From the NCBI GenBank assembly GCA_964600395.1, contig CAZRLR010000002.1, positions 1-54,733 of the forward strand: a stretch of DNA of 54,733 nt. Reading direction: 5' to 3'. This stretch comes from an uncultured Conexibacter sp. (GTDB lineage Bacteria > Actinomycetota > Thermoleophilia > Solirubrobacterales > Solirubrobacteraceae). Below the pieces are notes generated by a model. It saw nothing but the letters and a program-made list of their open reading frames with translations, was not told the DNA's origin and searched no databases. This document shows, piece by piece, positions 12,090 to 21,910 of the stretch. Each line of letters opens with the position of its first letter. Position 1 is the first letter of the stretch. The position numbers and the translations under genes are program-made.

Positions 12090-12445
12090 CCCGCACCCGC
12101 ACCTCCTACCGCGCCGCCCGCACGCACGCCGCCGCCGTGGTGGCGTTCGAGCGCTGGCGCCGCGAGTGCCCGCACGCCGCCGCCGTCGAGCTGGTCTCAG
12201 GCTTCGCGCTCGCCGCCGCTCGTGGCGCCGCGTGGGCCGACACCTGGCTCCGCTCGGAGCGCGGGCGCGAGGTGTGCGCCGCCGTGGGCCTCGACGCGCT
12301 CGAGGTTCGGGAGCGCGCGCTGGCGTTGCTCATGCGCGGCGATACGATCTCGAGGGCCACGCGGTACCGGCACGCGGCGCGCGAGCGTGAGACGGTGCGG
12401 TGTGGTACCACGGGGCTAGAGCTTTTCGGGAGGGCGGCGGCGTGA
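12086..12445 (+). CDS. Hypothetical protein
   Basis: Coupled ORF; codon bias. Confidence 0.6.
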   Translation: MTRTRTSYRAARTHAAAVVAFERWRRECPHAAAVELVSGFALAAARGAAWADTWLRSERGREVCAAVGLDALEVRERALALLMRGDTISRATRYRHAARERETVRCGTTGLELFGRAAA

Positions 12446-12711
12446 ACTTCGGTGACCTCTTGCGCGGCGCCCGCGGAGCAGCTGGGCACTCGACGCGATC
12501 GGCCGCACGTGCGATCGGAACAGACGCTGGCTCGATCGTCGACTGGGAAGCCGGTCGGCGAGCACCAATGCTGATGGTGCTCCGCGAGATTTGCATTTCG
12601 TACGGGTGCAGTGCCGATGTGCTGCTTGGGCTCCGGGAGTGTTACCATTGCGGGAGAACGCATGCGAAAGAGGAACCGTGCCCGGCATGTGGAGCCGCCC
12701 GTGTCGCGTGA
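12442..12711 (+). CDS. XRE HTH regulator with C-terminal zinc ribbon
   Basis: FGDLLRGAR...IVDWEAGRRAP...YGCSADVLLG followed by CYHC..CPAC. Confidence 0.8.
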   Translation: MNFGDLLRGARGAAGHSTRSAARAIGTDAGSIVDWEAGRRAPMLMVLREICISYGCSADVLLGLRECYHCGRTHAKEEPCPACGAARVA

Positions 12712-12727
12712 GAACGGAGCGGCAGTG

Positions 12728-13039
12728 ATGCCGCTTGCGCGCTCCTACGATCCGATCGACGAGGCACTCTGCCGCGTGTGGATCGTGCGATTCTTCGGAA
12801 ACGGCGAGACGGTGTGCTTGGACCGCGAGCGCAATACGATCGTCGAGCTTCACGCGCGCGACCTGCGGGCAACGCGCGCACTACTGCCGCGGCTCAAGGG
12901 GCGGTTGCCGGCGGACGTGCGGTTGATCATGCAGGACTACGGGCCGTGGCCGGCGTTGACCGAGGGCCGGCTTGCGTGGCTCGAAGGGCGCGACGTGGCG
13001 AAGGGGACGCACCCGGAGGCGAAGGTGGAGAGGTTGTAG
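12728..13039 (+). CDS. Hypothetical protein
   Basis: ORF before TerS; start uncertain (12701 is an alternative). Confidence 0.55.
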   Translation: MPLARSYDPIDEALCRVWIVRFFGNGETVCLDRERNTIVELHARDLRATRALLPRLKGRLPADVRLIMQDYGPWPALTEGRLAWLEGRDVAKGTHPEAKVERL

Positions 13040-13043
13040 GGCG

Positions 13044-13496
13044 ATGGCACCGACGCGGAAATCGTCTCGCGTGCGCGGTGCTGGGTCGGTCTCCGTCAAG
13101 AGTTTCCGTTTGCTCGGCTCCTTGACGCCGAAGCAGCAAGAAGCGGTCGCGCTCCTCGTGGCGGGAAAGACGTTCACGGCCATCGCCGAGGATCTAGGAA
13201 TCACACGACAAGCGCTCTACGAGTGGAGACAGATCGACACGTTCCGCAAGGCGGTGCGGAGCCTACAATCAGACGCGATGGCGGGCGCGATCGGAATACT
13301 CAAGGTGGGCGCGCAGGCAGCGGCGCGTCGTCTCGTTCAGACGACCGACGACGGAGAGGCGCTAACCGCGCCGCGTGTTCCAGCGGCCCGTGGCGTACTT
13401 GAGTTCGCGTTCCGCGCTGTCGAGGTGGAAGAGCTAGCGGAGAAGTTGCGCGCGCTCGAAGAGAGGCTCCGCGCCAGTGGCGCTCTCCGCGATTAA
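13044..13496 (+). CDS. terS: Probable terminase small subunit (N-terminal HTH)
   Basis: LTPKQQEAVALLVAGKTFTAIAEDLGITRQALYEW HTH; overlaps the TerL start. Confidence 0.7.
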   Translation: MAPTRKSSRVRGAGSVSVKSFRLLGSLTPKQQEAVALLVAGKTFTAIAEDLGITRQALYEWRQIDTFRKAVRSLQSDAMAGAIGILKVGAQAAARRLVQTTDDGEALTAPRVPAARGVLEFAFRAVEVEELAEKLRALEERLRASGALRD

Positions 13497-15297
13497 GGCT
13501 GGCATCGCTCGCATCGACCGAGCGTTGCCGCCGCCGGCACCAGCGCTCATTCCATCGAAGCTGATCCGCCGCCTACGCGACGGGGATCGATGGGAACGCA
13601 TCCAGTACTTCCTCCGCGACGAGCGCGACCAGCCCGTCAAGTTCAAGGAGATCCACCGCGGCTGGCTGGAGTTCGTCGAGCGCGCGCACGCCGCCGGCCT
13701 CCATGCTGGCGTGATGGCGCCATTCGGCCACGGCAAGACGGCCGTGCTCGTGATCGGCCTCGTGCTCGACTGGATCGGCCAGAACCGCGAGGGCCGCTTT
13801 CAGATCGTGAGCGCGAACGACAAGATTGCGGTCAAGCGGGTCGGCTCCATCAAGCGCTACATTGAGCGCAGCGTCGCGTACCACGAGATCTACCCGGACG
13901 TGCGCCCGTCCGCCGAGAACTGGCAGAAGCACGAGATCACTATCCAGCGCGAGAGCGCTTCGCCTGACCCGACGCTCCAGGGGTACGGCATCACGAGCGG
14001 CGGCACCGGCTCTCGCTCGGACGGTACGGCGTTCGACGACGTCGACGATGTGCACTCGCTCTCACCTGACGTGCGCGAGACGCGCGGTGAGGGCTTCGAT
14101 TCGACGTGGATGAGCCGGCTCGAATCGTGGGCGCGCGCCGTCATGCCGTGCACCGCGTGGCACGTCGAGGACGTGGCGCATCGCAAGCTCAGCAACGAGG
14201 AGTGGGCGTGGCGATGCGAGGCCGTGAGCGAGCGGAAGGAGCGCATCTACGCCGCCGAGATATGGAGGGGTGGCGGGCGCGGTCGCGAGTCGGCGCCTGC
14301 AGACGCTACCGGGATCGTTGCTCGTCTCGCGAAGGAGCACGGAGCGCGCGTCATCTCGCTCCCGTTGTGGACGGAGCGACGCAACCGCGAGGCGCTGGAG
14401 AAGCGCGAGCGCCAGTCCGCCCGCGCGTACCGCCGCGGCGAGCAGAACGACGCCTACCGCGATGACGAGACGACGTTCCCGAGCTTCCTCGGGTGCGTGC
14501 GCTGGAACGTGGACCCGGCCTCGCTGCCGTGGCAGTCGTGGCGGTGCAAGTCGGGCGTTGACCTCTCAAGCAAGAAGCGCCCCGGCAACGTGATTGTCGT
14601 CGTCGGGCGGGATATGAAGACCGGCGTTAAGACGATCCTCGACGTCCGTATCGGCGCATGGACGAGCCCCCAGACGGTGCGCCAGATAGACGAGGTTGAC
14701 CGCGCCTGGCAGTGTGAGGAGCACCGCGTCGAGTCGAACGCCTACCAGGAGAGCGTGCGCGAGTGGGCCGTGGACGTGAAGGGCGGCGGCACCGGCTCGG
14801 ACTCGTGGTCTCGCATCAGCAACTACGAGACAAAGGGCACGGTACATACGGACGAGTATGCCGGCATCCCGGGGCTAGAGACGGAGTTCTCTAACGGCGG
14901 CTGGGTGTTCCCGATCCCGCACGGCTCGCGCGACGTCGTCAAGGAGCGCGAGTCGGCTCCTGGTTGCGGCTGCGATCGGTGCGAGATGCTGCGGCAGGTG
15001 AGCCAGCACCCGAACGCGAAGCAGCGAGACGCACTCATGGCGCTCTGGTTCGCACGCGATGCGTTCCTCGACTCGACGCAGCAAGCCTGGGAGTCGATGT
15101 ACGGCGAGGAAGGCGAAGCGGCCCCGGTTGGCGGCGCGGCGCTCAGCGAGGACATGGACTACGTCCGCGCCGAGCTAGCCGAGCGCGACGCGATCGCGAA
15201 GGAGGCGACGCGGATTCGCGAGGCGCGGCGGAAGCAGCACCGCGGGCTCGTCGAGGCGGGAGCGGTGCGGCGCGGGGACCCGCTGGACTGGGTGTGA
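13477..15297 (+). CDS. terL: Terminase large subunit
   Basis: Walker A APFGHGKT, Walker B FDDVDD, nuclease motifs GVDLS, VESNAYQ and RDALMALW. Confidence 0.88.
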   Translation: MALSAIKAGIARIDRALPPPAPALIPSKLIRRLRDGDRWERIQYFLRDERDQPVKFKEIHRGWLEFVERAHAAGLHAGVMAPFGHGKTAVLVIGLVLDWIGQNREGRFQIVSANDKIAVKRVGSIKRYIERSVAYHEIYPDVRPSAENWQKHEITIQRESASPDPTLQGYGITSGGTGSRSDGTAFDDVDDVHSLSPDVRETRGEGFDSTWMSRLESWARAVMPCTAWHVEDVAHRKLSNEEWAWRCEAVSERKERIYAAEIWRGGGRGRESAPADATGIVARLAKEHGARVISLPLWTERRNREALEKRERQSARAYRRGEQNDAYRDDETTFPSFLGCVRWNVDPASLPWQSWRCKSGVDLSSKKRPGNVIVVVGRDMKTGVKTILDVRIGAWTSPQTVRQIDEVDRAWQCEEHRVESNAYQESVREWAVDVKGGGTGSDSWSRISNYETKGTVHTDEYAGIPGLETEFSNGGWVFPIPHGSRDVVKERESAPGCGCDRCEMLRQVSQHPNAKQRDALMALWFARDAFLDSTQQAWESMYGEEGEAAPVGGAALSEDMDYVRAELAERDAIAKEATRIREARRKQHRGLVEAGAVRRGDPLDWV

Positions 15298-15300
15298 GCC

Positions 15301-15555
15301 GTGACCCCTTGCCCAACCTGCCGCTGCCAGCTCGACCAGGCGCGCATGGTGCTCCTCGCTGCGCCGTACCGCGCCGACGGGATCGAACGCATCTGCCCGG
15401 CGTGCGCGGACATGCTGCGGACCGTCGTCTCGGCATTCGACGCGATCACGGGCCGCGCTCGCCGGAGGCTCATCGTTTCGTGGTTCCGCCGTTGGCGCGG
15501 GGTTCCAACGCGAGGCGGGGCCGAGCTCGAGGCGGCGTTGGTGGCGCAGGCGTAG
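15301..15555 (+). CDS. Small CxxC protein
   Basis: CPTC...CPAC. Confidence 0.55.
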   Translation: MTPCPTCRCQLDQARMVLLAAPYRADGIERICPACADMLRTVVSAFDAITGRARRRLIVSWFRRWRGVPTRGGAELEAALVAQA

Positions 15556-15622
15556 CCCCGTGCAAATAGATACCCACGCCGCCTCCACGACGTAGCGCCC
15601 ACGCCTCTACCGTGACGGGTGA

Positions 15623-17950
15623 ATGCCCGTCACGTCCGCAGTCCGTCCGCGCACCCGCAAGCGGCCCGCCCGATCCAAGGCGGCGGCCGAGCAGACGATC
15701 CCTGATGTAGTTCTCCAGCGCCCCATGGGGCGCACGCTCGGGGAGTTTCCGCAGTGGGACGTGCGGACCGCCGTCACCGGCAACGTCGGGCACATCTTCA
15801 CGGCGATCAGCTACGTCGGCCTCAACGCGGCGCGCGCCATCACGAGCGGCACGCTCGAAGTGAAGCGCTCGGACGGCACGAGCGACGACGTCGCGGAGCA
15901 CTGGTTCCTCGACCTGATCCGGAACCCGTACCCGGAGATGCCGGGCGTCGACCTCTGGAATCTCTGCTCGGCCTGGTCCGACCTCGCCGGCCATTGGTGG
16001 CTCTGGGCGGTGCCGGGTCGAGACCATCCCATCGCGCTCGTGCCGCTCCTGCCTGACCGCGTGCGCGTCGTGCTCGGGACCGACCGCCCGATCGTCGGAG
16101 TGAACTACTACCCGGACGGCTTTGGCGGTCGCCGCATCGGAATCCCGCGCGAAGAGCTCGTGCGTCGCGCCGAGCCTGATCCGACGGGCGGCTACCTCAC
16201 GGGCGGTGCCGGCTACTACGGCTGGCCGAAGATGCGCGCCGCCGCGCAGGCGCGCGAGCTCGCCGACTCGAACATGAAGATGCGGCTTGCGTTCTACCAG
16301 AACCAAGCGCGCCCCGATTACGTGCTCGCGCCGAAGCTGCCGAAGGGACGCGACGCCGTCGACATGATGCGCCGCTTCCGGGCGTCGGTGCTGATCCATC
16401 ACCAAGGGATCGAGCGCTACGGCATGCCGCTCGTCGTGCCCGAGGGCACGGAGGTGAAGACGCTCAACTTCGTCTCCGAGGCGATGGATTTGATCGGCCA
16501 GGCGAACCTGAGCCGCGACGACGTTTTCGAGATCTTCGGCACGTCGCCGCTGCTGCACGGCCACTACGAGGCCGCGCCGGCGCGCGCGACGCTCGAAGCC
16601 GCCGAGTCCTCGTGCGCAAAGTCGACGCTCGACCCACGCGTCGGCGGGATCGTCGGCGCGCTGCAATCGGACCTGCTCGATCGGTACGTCAACGCGCGTG
16701 AGCCGCAGGGCCGGCGACTCGTCTTCTGCGTCCCGTCGCTCGCGCCAGAGGACACGACTGCGCAGCTCGCGAAGTCTCGCGGCCTCTACGTCGATGGTAT
16801 CGCGAAGCGAAACGAGGCGCGGCGCATGGTCGGGCTCGCCCCCGACGACGACGCCGACGGCTACAAGTACGAGCTAGAGCCGCAGCAACAGCTCGGCGGG
16901 CTTTCGCAGGTGCAGGCCATTCGCGCCGTGCGGGCCGTGGCGGGCCCCCACGTGCCGGCCCCCCTCTGCCTACGGGCCGCGTTCGAGATCGCTTCCAAGG
17001 GCGTCCTGTGCGACGACACGGCGCGGGCGCTCCACGGCGACCGCGAGCCGGAGCCGATCGTGATCGAGACGCGCGCGCTGCCGCCGGTGACGCGCAAGGC
17101 CGTAGCGCCGATCGACCACAAGAGCGACGAGGAGCGCGCGGACTACTGGAGCAAGGCCGTGCGCCCGATGGACGACGAGACGACGCGCGGCACTCGCGTC
17201 GCCGCGGCGATGTTCCGCGCGCAGGCAGCGCGGCTTCTCCCCGAGATCGAGGCCGCGTTGCCTGCGCTCGTCGGAAAGTTTGCCGGCTGGGCGCGACCGA
17301 AGGTCCTCAAATGGTTTGCCTCGAAAGCGTCGGCGCTCGACCTCGGCATCGACTGGGCGGCCGAGGACGGCGAGATCGATCGTGTGCTGCGCCCGTTAGT
17401 GCGCCGCGCCGCGCAGGCCGGCGGCGACTACATGGCCGAGCTCGTCGGCTTGGACTTCGACGTCGACAACCCGGCCGCGGCCAAGTGGCTGGAGAGCCAC
17501 GTGCCGAAGCTCGCGGGCGACGTGAACGAAACCACGCGCGCGGCGATCGGCGGCGACATCCGCTATGGCGTCGCCGAGGGCGAGTCGACGCAGGAGATCT
17601 CGGCGCGCATCCGCGAGACGTTCCGCACGTGGGAAGGAGACGGCGGTCCGGGCGAGGGCGCAATGCCGGGGTACCGGGCGGCGCGGATCGCGCGGACTGA
17701 GGTGTCGAGCGCGTTTGGCTACGCGCAGACGGAGGTGATGGCCGAGGCGGTCGATCTCGGCATCGCGACCGAAATGGAGTGGATCACGGCGCGTGATTCC
17801 GTCGTGCGCGAGTCGCACCGGATCGACGGCGAGCGCCGGAAGCCGGGCGAGAAGTTTTCAAATGGCTGCGAGTACCCGGGCGACCCCGCTGGGGGCGTCG
17901 AAGAAATCGTCAACTGCCGATGTACCGTCGCGCCCGTGATCGTGGCGTGA
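15623..17950 (+). CDS. Portal protein fused to a MuF/gp7-like head morphogenesis domain
   Basis: Portal motifs RNPYP, LVPLLPDRV, FYQNQARP, NEARRMVGL; MuF motifs RAARIARTE, WITARDSVVRESH, PGDP..EIVNCRC. Confidence 0.85.
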   Translation: MPVTSAVRPRTRKRPARSKAAAEQTIPDVVLQRPMGRTLGEFPQWDVRTAVTGNVGHIFTAISYVGLNAARAITSGTLEVKRSDGTSDDVAEHWFLDLIRNPYPEMPGVDLWNLCSAWSDLAGHWWLWAVPGRDHPIALVPLLPDRVRVVLGTDRPIVGVNYYPDGFGGRRIGIPREELVRRAEPDPTGGYLTGGAGYYGWPKMRAAAQARELADSNMKMRLAFYQNQARPDYVLAPKLPKGRDAVDMMRRFRASVLIHHQGIERYGMPLVVPEGTEVKTLNFVSEAMDLIGQANLSRDDVFEIFGTSPLLHGHYEAAPARATLEAAESSCAKSTLDPRVGGIVGALQSDLLDRYVNAREPQGRRLVFCVPSLAPEDTTAQLAKSRGLYVDGIAKRNEARRMVGLAPDDDADGYKYELEPQQQLGGLSQVQAIRAVRAVAGPHVPAPLCLRAAFEIASKGVLCDDTARALHGDREPEPIVIETRALPPVTRKAVAPIDHKSDEERADYWSKAVRPMDDETTRGTRVAAAMFRAQAARLLPEIEAALPALVGKFAGWARPKVLKWFASKASALDLGIDWAAEDGEIDRVLRPLVRRAAQAGGDYMAELVGLDFDVDNPAAAKWLESHVPKLAGDVNETTRAAIGGDIRYGVAEGESTQEISARIRETFRTWEGDGGPGEGAMPGYRAARIARTEVSSAFGYAQTEVMAEAVDLGIATEMEWITARDSVVRESHRIDGERRKPGEKFSNGCEYPGDPAGGVEEIVNCRCTVAPVIVA

Positions 17951-17964
17951 AAAGGAGAACCACC

Positions 17965-18558
17965 GTGAAGCTGAGCCACAACACGAAGCGCGTCCTCCTC
18001 CGCAATGTCCTCCCGCTCCTCGTCGTCGGCGCCATCGCGACGAGCGTCTACGCGGCGCTCACGGGGTCGGTGAACATCGCCGTGCAGATGACCCAGACGT
18101 CGGCGCTGGACCTCGGAACCGTGACGTTCCCCGTGCAGTTCTCGTCGAGCATCCCCCTCGCGAGCGGCACCGCGGCGAACCAGGCCGATCTCTTCTGGAC
18201 GGACGAGCGCACGCTGACTGCGTCGGCGACCGAGAACCTCGATCTCGCCGGTGTGCTGACGGATGCGACTGGCGCAACGCTCACCTTCGCCGACGTGGTC
18301 GCGTTCATGCTGTGCGCGCAGTCGACCAACACCAACAACGTGCTCATTGGCGGCGCCGCCTCGGCAACCTTCAAGCTCTCCATGTCGGACAACTCCGATA
18401 TTCAGGTCGTGCGCCCCGGCGGGTGCTTCCTGACCGTCGCTCCCGACGCGACCGCGTACCCCGTGACTGCGACGACGGGCGACATCCTCAAGATCGCGAA
18501 CAGCGCTGGTTCGACGTCGGTCGTCTACAAGGTCGCGATCGTCGGTCGCTCGGCCTGA
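17965..18558 (+). CDS. Beta-rich putative virion protein with N-terminal signal peptide
   Basis: AAGGAG RBS; KRVLLRNVLPLLVVGAIATSVYA-A leader; Thr/Ala-rich body; sits between portal and protease. Confidence 0.7.
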   Translation: MKLSHNTKRVLLRNVLPLLVVGAIATSVYAALTGSVNIAVQMTQTSALDLGTVTFPVQFSSSIPLASGTAANQADLFWTDERTLTASATENLDLAGVLTDATGATLTFADVVAFMLCAQSTNTNNVLIGGAASATFKLSMSDNSDIQVVRPGGCFLTVAPDATAYPVTATTGDILKIANSAGSTSVVYKVAIVGRSA

Positions 18559-18588
18559 TTCGGTTCTGCGTCGTCGGAGGGTTTTGCG

Positions 18589-19887
18589 ATGCCGGCCGAA
18601 TGGGTGGAAGGAGAGAGCGGGGTGTGGACGTGCAAAGAGCACGTCCTCGAAACCAAGTTTCGCCCGCTCGAAGCTGCGCTTGGCGTCAAAGTCGTCGACG
18701 ATCCGGCGCGCGTGCTGCGCTTCACGATCTCGGATCAGGCGCCCGATCGGTCGAACGACAGGATGAACCAGAAGGGCATGATCACGACGGACTACGAGCG
18801 CTCGCCGCTCGTGTACTTCCAGCACGCCCCACGGTTCGACCCGACCGCGAAGCCAATCGCGCGGACGCTCAAGATCAAGAAGGAGCGCGGCGAGGTTCCG
18901 TTCACGTGGGCGGACGCTATCTATGCGGGCGACGAGCAGCGGCACGAGGAGGCGGAGCTTTGTTACCGGCTCGCGCGCGACGGATTCATCACGTCGGCGA
19001 GTGTCGGTTTCGTTCCGTTGGAGCGGAAAGACCTGCCCTCGAAGGATCGGAAGCAGGGCGGCTATCCAGGATTCGAGATCCTGAGTTGGGATCTCCGCGA
19101 GTGGTCGAACGTAGGCATCCCCGACAACGTGCGGGCGACGCGGCACCCGGGCGTGGCGCCGTCGAAAGGCTGGGACGTCGCTCGGCTCCGCGACGTGGCG
19201 CGGGAGTTCATCGAGGGCTCGCGGCTCGACGCGTTCGTGAAGAGCTTCACGGGCGAGGAGACGATCGAGGTTACGACCGTGCCGGCCACGCCGCCGACGC
19301 CGCGAACCAACGACCTTCCGGACGAGGGGTTCGACCACTGGCCGGCTCGGCTCGGTAAGGCGGCGCCGGCGTGGAGCACGGTGCCGGCGGCGGCGAAGGC
19401 CGAGCCAGAGACATCCGTCAAGACGACCACCGAGGCGACGACGCTCGACGTCACGAAGGCCGAGGCGGCGATCGAGGCGCTTACGGCTCGCGTGACGGTG
19501 CTCGTCGCGGCGATCGATGCCGTGCAGGCCAAAGCCGCCGCGCTGCCGCAGGCGGGCGCCCAGACGGCGCAAGCGCCCGACCTAGACGCCATCAAGGCGC
19601 ACATCGACGCCAGCGTGAAGGCGCTCGGAGACGAGATCTCGCGTCGCCACGACTATGCGCTGGCCGAGCTTTTCGGTTTCACCGAACGCAAGCAAGAGGC
19701 GGCACTCAAGGCCGCACGTGCAACGCCCCGTGATCCCGCGGCGGTTCCGGTCTCCGCGGAGAAGGGCGAGCAACCCCCGAGCGGTAGCAACGGCAGCATA
19801 CAACCGCTGAGCGTGGAGACGTTTGCATCCGCGCTCGCAGCAGCGCGCCAAGTCAAGAAGGAACGCGCGCAGGGGGTAGTTCGATGA
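18589..19887 (+). CDS. HK97-family prohead protease with scaffold-like C-terminal region
   Basis: DRSND, YFQH, ASVGF, LREWSNVGIPDN; helical C-terminus. Confidence 0.82.
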   Translation: MPAEWVEGESGVWTCKEHVLETKFRPLEAALGVKVVDDPARVLRFTISDQAPDRSNDRMNQKGMITTDYERSPLVYFQHAPRFDPTAKPIARTLKIKKERGEVPFTWADAIYAGDEQRHEEAELCYRLARDGFITSASVGFVPLERKDLPSKDRKQGGYPGFEILSWDLREWSNVGIPDNVRATRHPGVAPSKGWDVARLRDVAREFIEGSRLDAFVKSFTGEETIEVTTVPATPPTPRTNDLPDEGFDHWPARLGKAAPAWSTVPAAAKAEPETSVKTTTEATTLDVTKAEAAIEALTARVTVLVAAIDAVQAKAAALPQAGAQTAQAPDLDAIKAHIDASVKALGDEISRRHDYALAELFGFTERKQEAALKAARATPRDPAAVPVSAEKGEQPPSGSNGSIQPLSVETFASALAAARQVKKERAQGVVR

Positions 19888-21200
19888 GCACGCACACCGG
19901 GGCCGCGCCCAACGCGCCGGCCCGTCGTTCGATCGTCGAGGTGATGGCCGAGCACAAGGTGCCGGAAAACCTCGAAGGTCTCGTCAAGTACATGGCCGAC
20001 GAGTTCGAGCGCATGGAGAAGTCTCTCGGCACCGAGGCCGCCGAGGCGAAGGCAACCGCCGCGAAGGCGGCCGCCGAAGTCCTCAACCGTGCGCCCGAGG
20101 GCCGCATGGAGCGCACCGTCACGGGCGAGGACGCAACCGCCCGCGAGAAGGCGCTTGTCAGCGAGTACCTGCGCGTCTCGAAGTTCAGCCACATCGAGGC
20201 GCCGCGGCACAAGCAGCTCCGCCCGCGCGAGGAGATCGAGCGCGAAATCGTCGAGGTCGCCAAGGCCGGTGGGTTCGCGAAGGCGGTCGCGAAGATCCGC
20301 GAGGACGACCCGACGTTCCAGGTGAAGACGCTCACGACGACGGCCGATACGGCGCTGATCGCAACCATCTTCCAGCGCGACGTGATCGCGTCGCGGCTGC
20401 TCATCTCGCAGATCCGACAGTACGCGAACGTCGTCCCGATGGGCGGGCCGATCGTGAAGTACCCGCGCATCACGACCGAGCCCGACGCGGTGATCCACGT
20501 CCAGGACACCGACGACGCCAGCTCGCTCGGCGACGTGGATACCGACCAGGTGACGCTCACGGCCTCCGAGATCATCCGGAAGGTCAAGGTCTCGAACGAG
20601 ACGCTCCGCGACGAGCACGTCAACGTCATGGAGATGCTGTCCTTCTCGCTCGCCCGCAAGGTGCTGAAGTTTGCCGATACGCAGTATGCGGTCGGCACTG
20701 GATCAAGCCAGCCGGAGGGCTTCACGACCGGCACGTACACGAAGACCGTCGCCGTCAACGGCACGCTCTCGTGGAAGCATCTCGTCAAGGGGCTCAACGC
20801 CCTCGGCGACGAGTACGTGATGGACCCGGCTGCGTCGGGGCTCTGCATCCTCGGCAACCAGGCCGGCAAGAACATCGCGATGGTGGTCCGCGATTCGCAG
20901 GAGCGGCCGATTTTCCAGATGACCGAGACGCCTCGCGGCCCGCGCTTCTCCGTCTGGGGGCTGCCGTTCGTCGTGATCCCCGGCGTCACCGGGACCGGCG
21001 TCGCCGGCGACGGAACGACGCTCTACATCGCTGCGCTCCGTGACGCGTTCATGATCGGCGATCGGCAGAACGCGGAGATGTTCGTCTCCACCGAGCGCTA
21101 CGCGGAGCTGCGCAGCACGCTGGTCGGGCTCACGATGGGGCACGACTCGCGGATCACGCTCACCGACGCGGTCTGCACCCTCACGGGCGTCGAGGAGTGA
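19884..21200 (+). CDS. Major capsid protein (HK97 fold, with delta domain)
   Basis: Coiled-coil N-terminus; VSNETLRD, GTGSSQPEG, RDSQERPIF, WGLP. Confidence 0.9.
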   Translation: MSTHTGAAPNAPARRSIVEVMAEHKVPENLEGLVKYMADEFERMEKSLGTEAAEAKATAAKAAAEVLNRAPEGRMERTVTGEDATAREKALVSEYLRVSKFSHIEAPRHKQLRPREEIEREIVEVAKAGGFAKAVAKIREDDPTFQVKTLTTTADTALIATIFQRDVIASRLLISQIRQYANVVPMGGPIVKYPRITTEPDAVIHVQDTDDASSLGDVDTDQVTLTASEIIRKVKVSNETLRDEHVNVMEMLSFSLARKVLKFADTQYAVGTGSSQPEGFTTGTYTKTVAVNGTLSWKHLVKGLNALGDEYVMDPAASGLCILGNQAGKNIAMVVRDSQERPIFQMTETPRGPRFSVWGLPFVVIPGVTGTGVAGDGTTLYIAALRDAFMIGDRQNAEMFVSTERYAELRSTLVGLTMGHDSRITLTDAVCTLTGVEE

Positions 21201-21231
21201 GGCGCTGACGCGCGCTCACCAGGAGAACACC

Positions 21232-21672
21232 ATGCGAAGCAAGAAGATCGAAGCGCTCTCCGCGCTCGCCATCCTCGCCATCCTCGCGACGGTCGTCTAC
21301 GCGGCCAGTCCGGCGAAGGTCTACGTCAATCAGACGGAGATCCCGACAAACCGGAATACGTTCACCATCACGCTCGCGGACACGTTCACGACCGGCAACG
21401 AGACCGCCGGCCGGTGCATCGTCCACAACTACGACGCGAGCAAGATGTGCGTCTCGTTCAAGACCGTGGCCGGAGGTTCAACGGCACAGGGACCGATCGT
21501 GCTTCAGCCGCTCGCGGGCGCCGGGACGTTCCAGGTCGATATCAACGAGATCGACACGAAGGACCTCGGCATCGACAACATCACCCACATCGTGATCGAC
21601 ACCGACGACTGCGACGGCGGCGGCGACGCGGCCGTGACGAACCAGATCGTCTGCACGCAGACGGTCCGGTGA
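21232..21672 (+). CDS. Signal-peptide, Cys-paired beta protein, paralog 1
   Basis: AGGAG RBS; RSKKIEALSALAILAILATVVYA-A leader; 4 Cys. Confidence 0.78.
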   Translation: MRSKKIEALSALAILAILATVVYAASPAKVYVNQTEIPTNRNTFTITLADTFTTGNETAGRCIVHNYDASKMCVSFKTVAGGSTAQGPIVLQPLAGAGTFQVDINEIDTKDLGIDNITHIVIDTDDCDGGGDAAVTNQIVCTQTVR

Positions 21673-21703
21673 AAACCTGAAACACCAGACGAGGCCCTCG
21701 CCG

Positions 21704-21910
21704 ATGACGGCCGACAACGACACAAACGCGAACGAGCGGCGACGGATCGGCGGGGGCCTCCCTGCTTGTACCGATCACAACGGCGAGCGTCCCGACGAGT
21801 GCCCAGATTGCCGGGCGCAGATCGAGGCGCTTTCAGTGAAGCACCAGCGCCCCGTCTCCTGGGGTGGCGGATACGAGACGCGGCAGGCGACCGCAGGGAG
21901 AACGAAATGA
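21704..21910 (+). CDS. Small head-module protein with C/H/CxxC
   Basis: CTDH...CPDC; coupled to the next gene. Confidence 0.55.
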   Translation: MTADNDTNANERRRIGGGLPACTDHNGERPDECPDCRAQIEALSVKHQRPVSWGGGYETRQATAGRTK

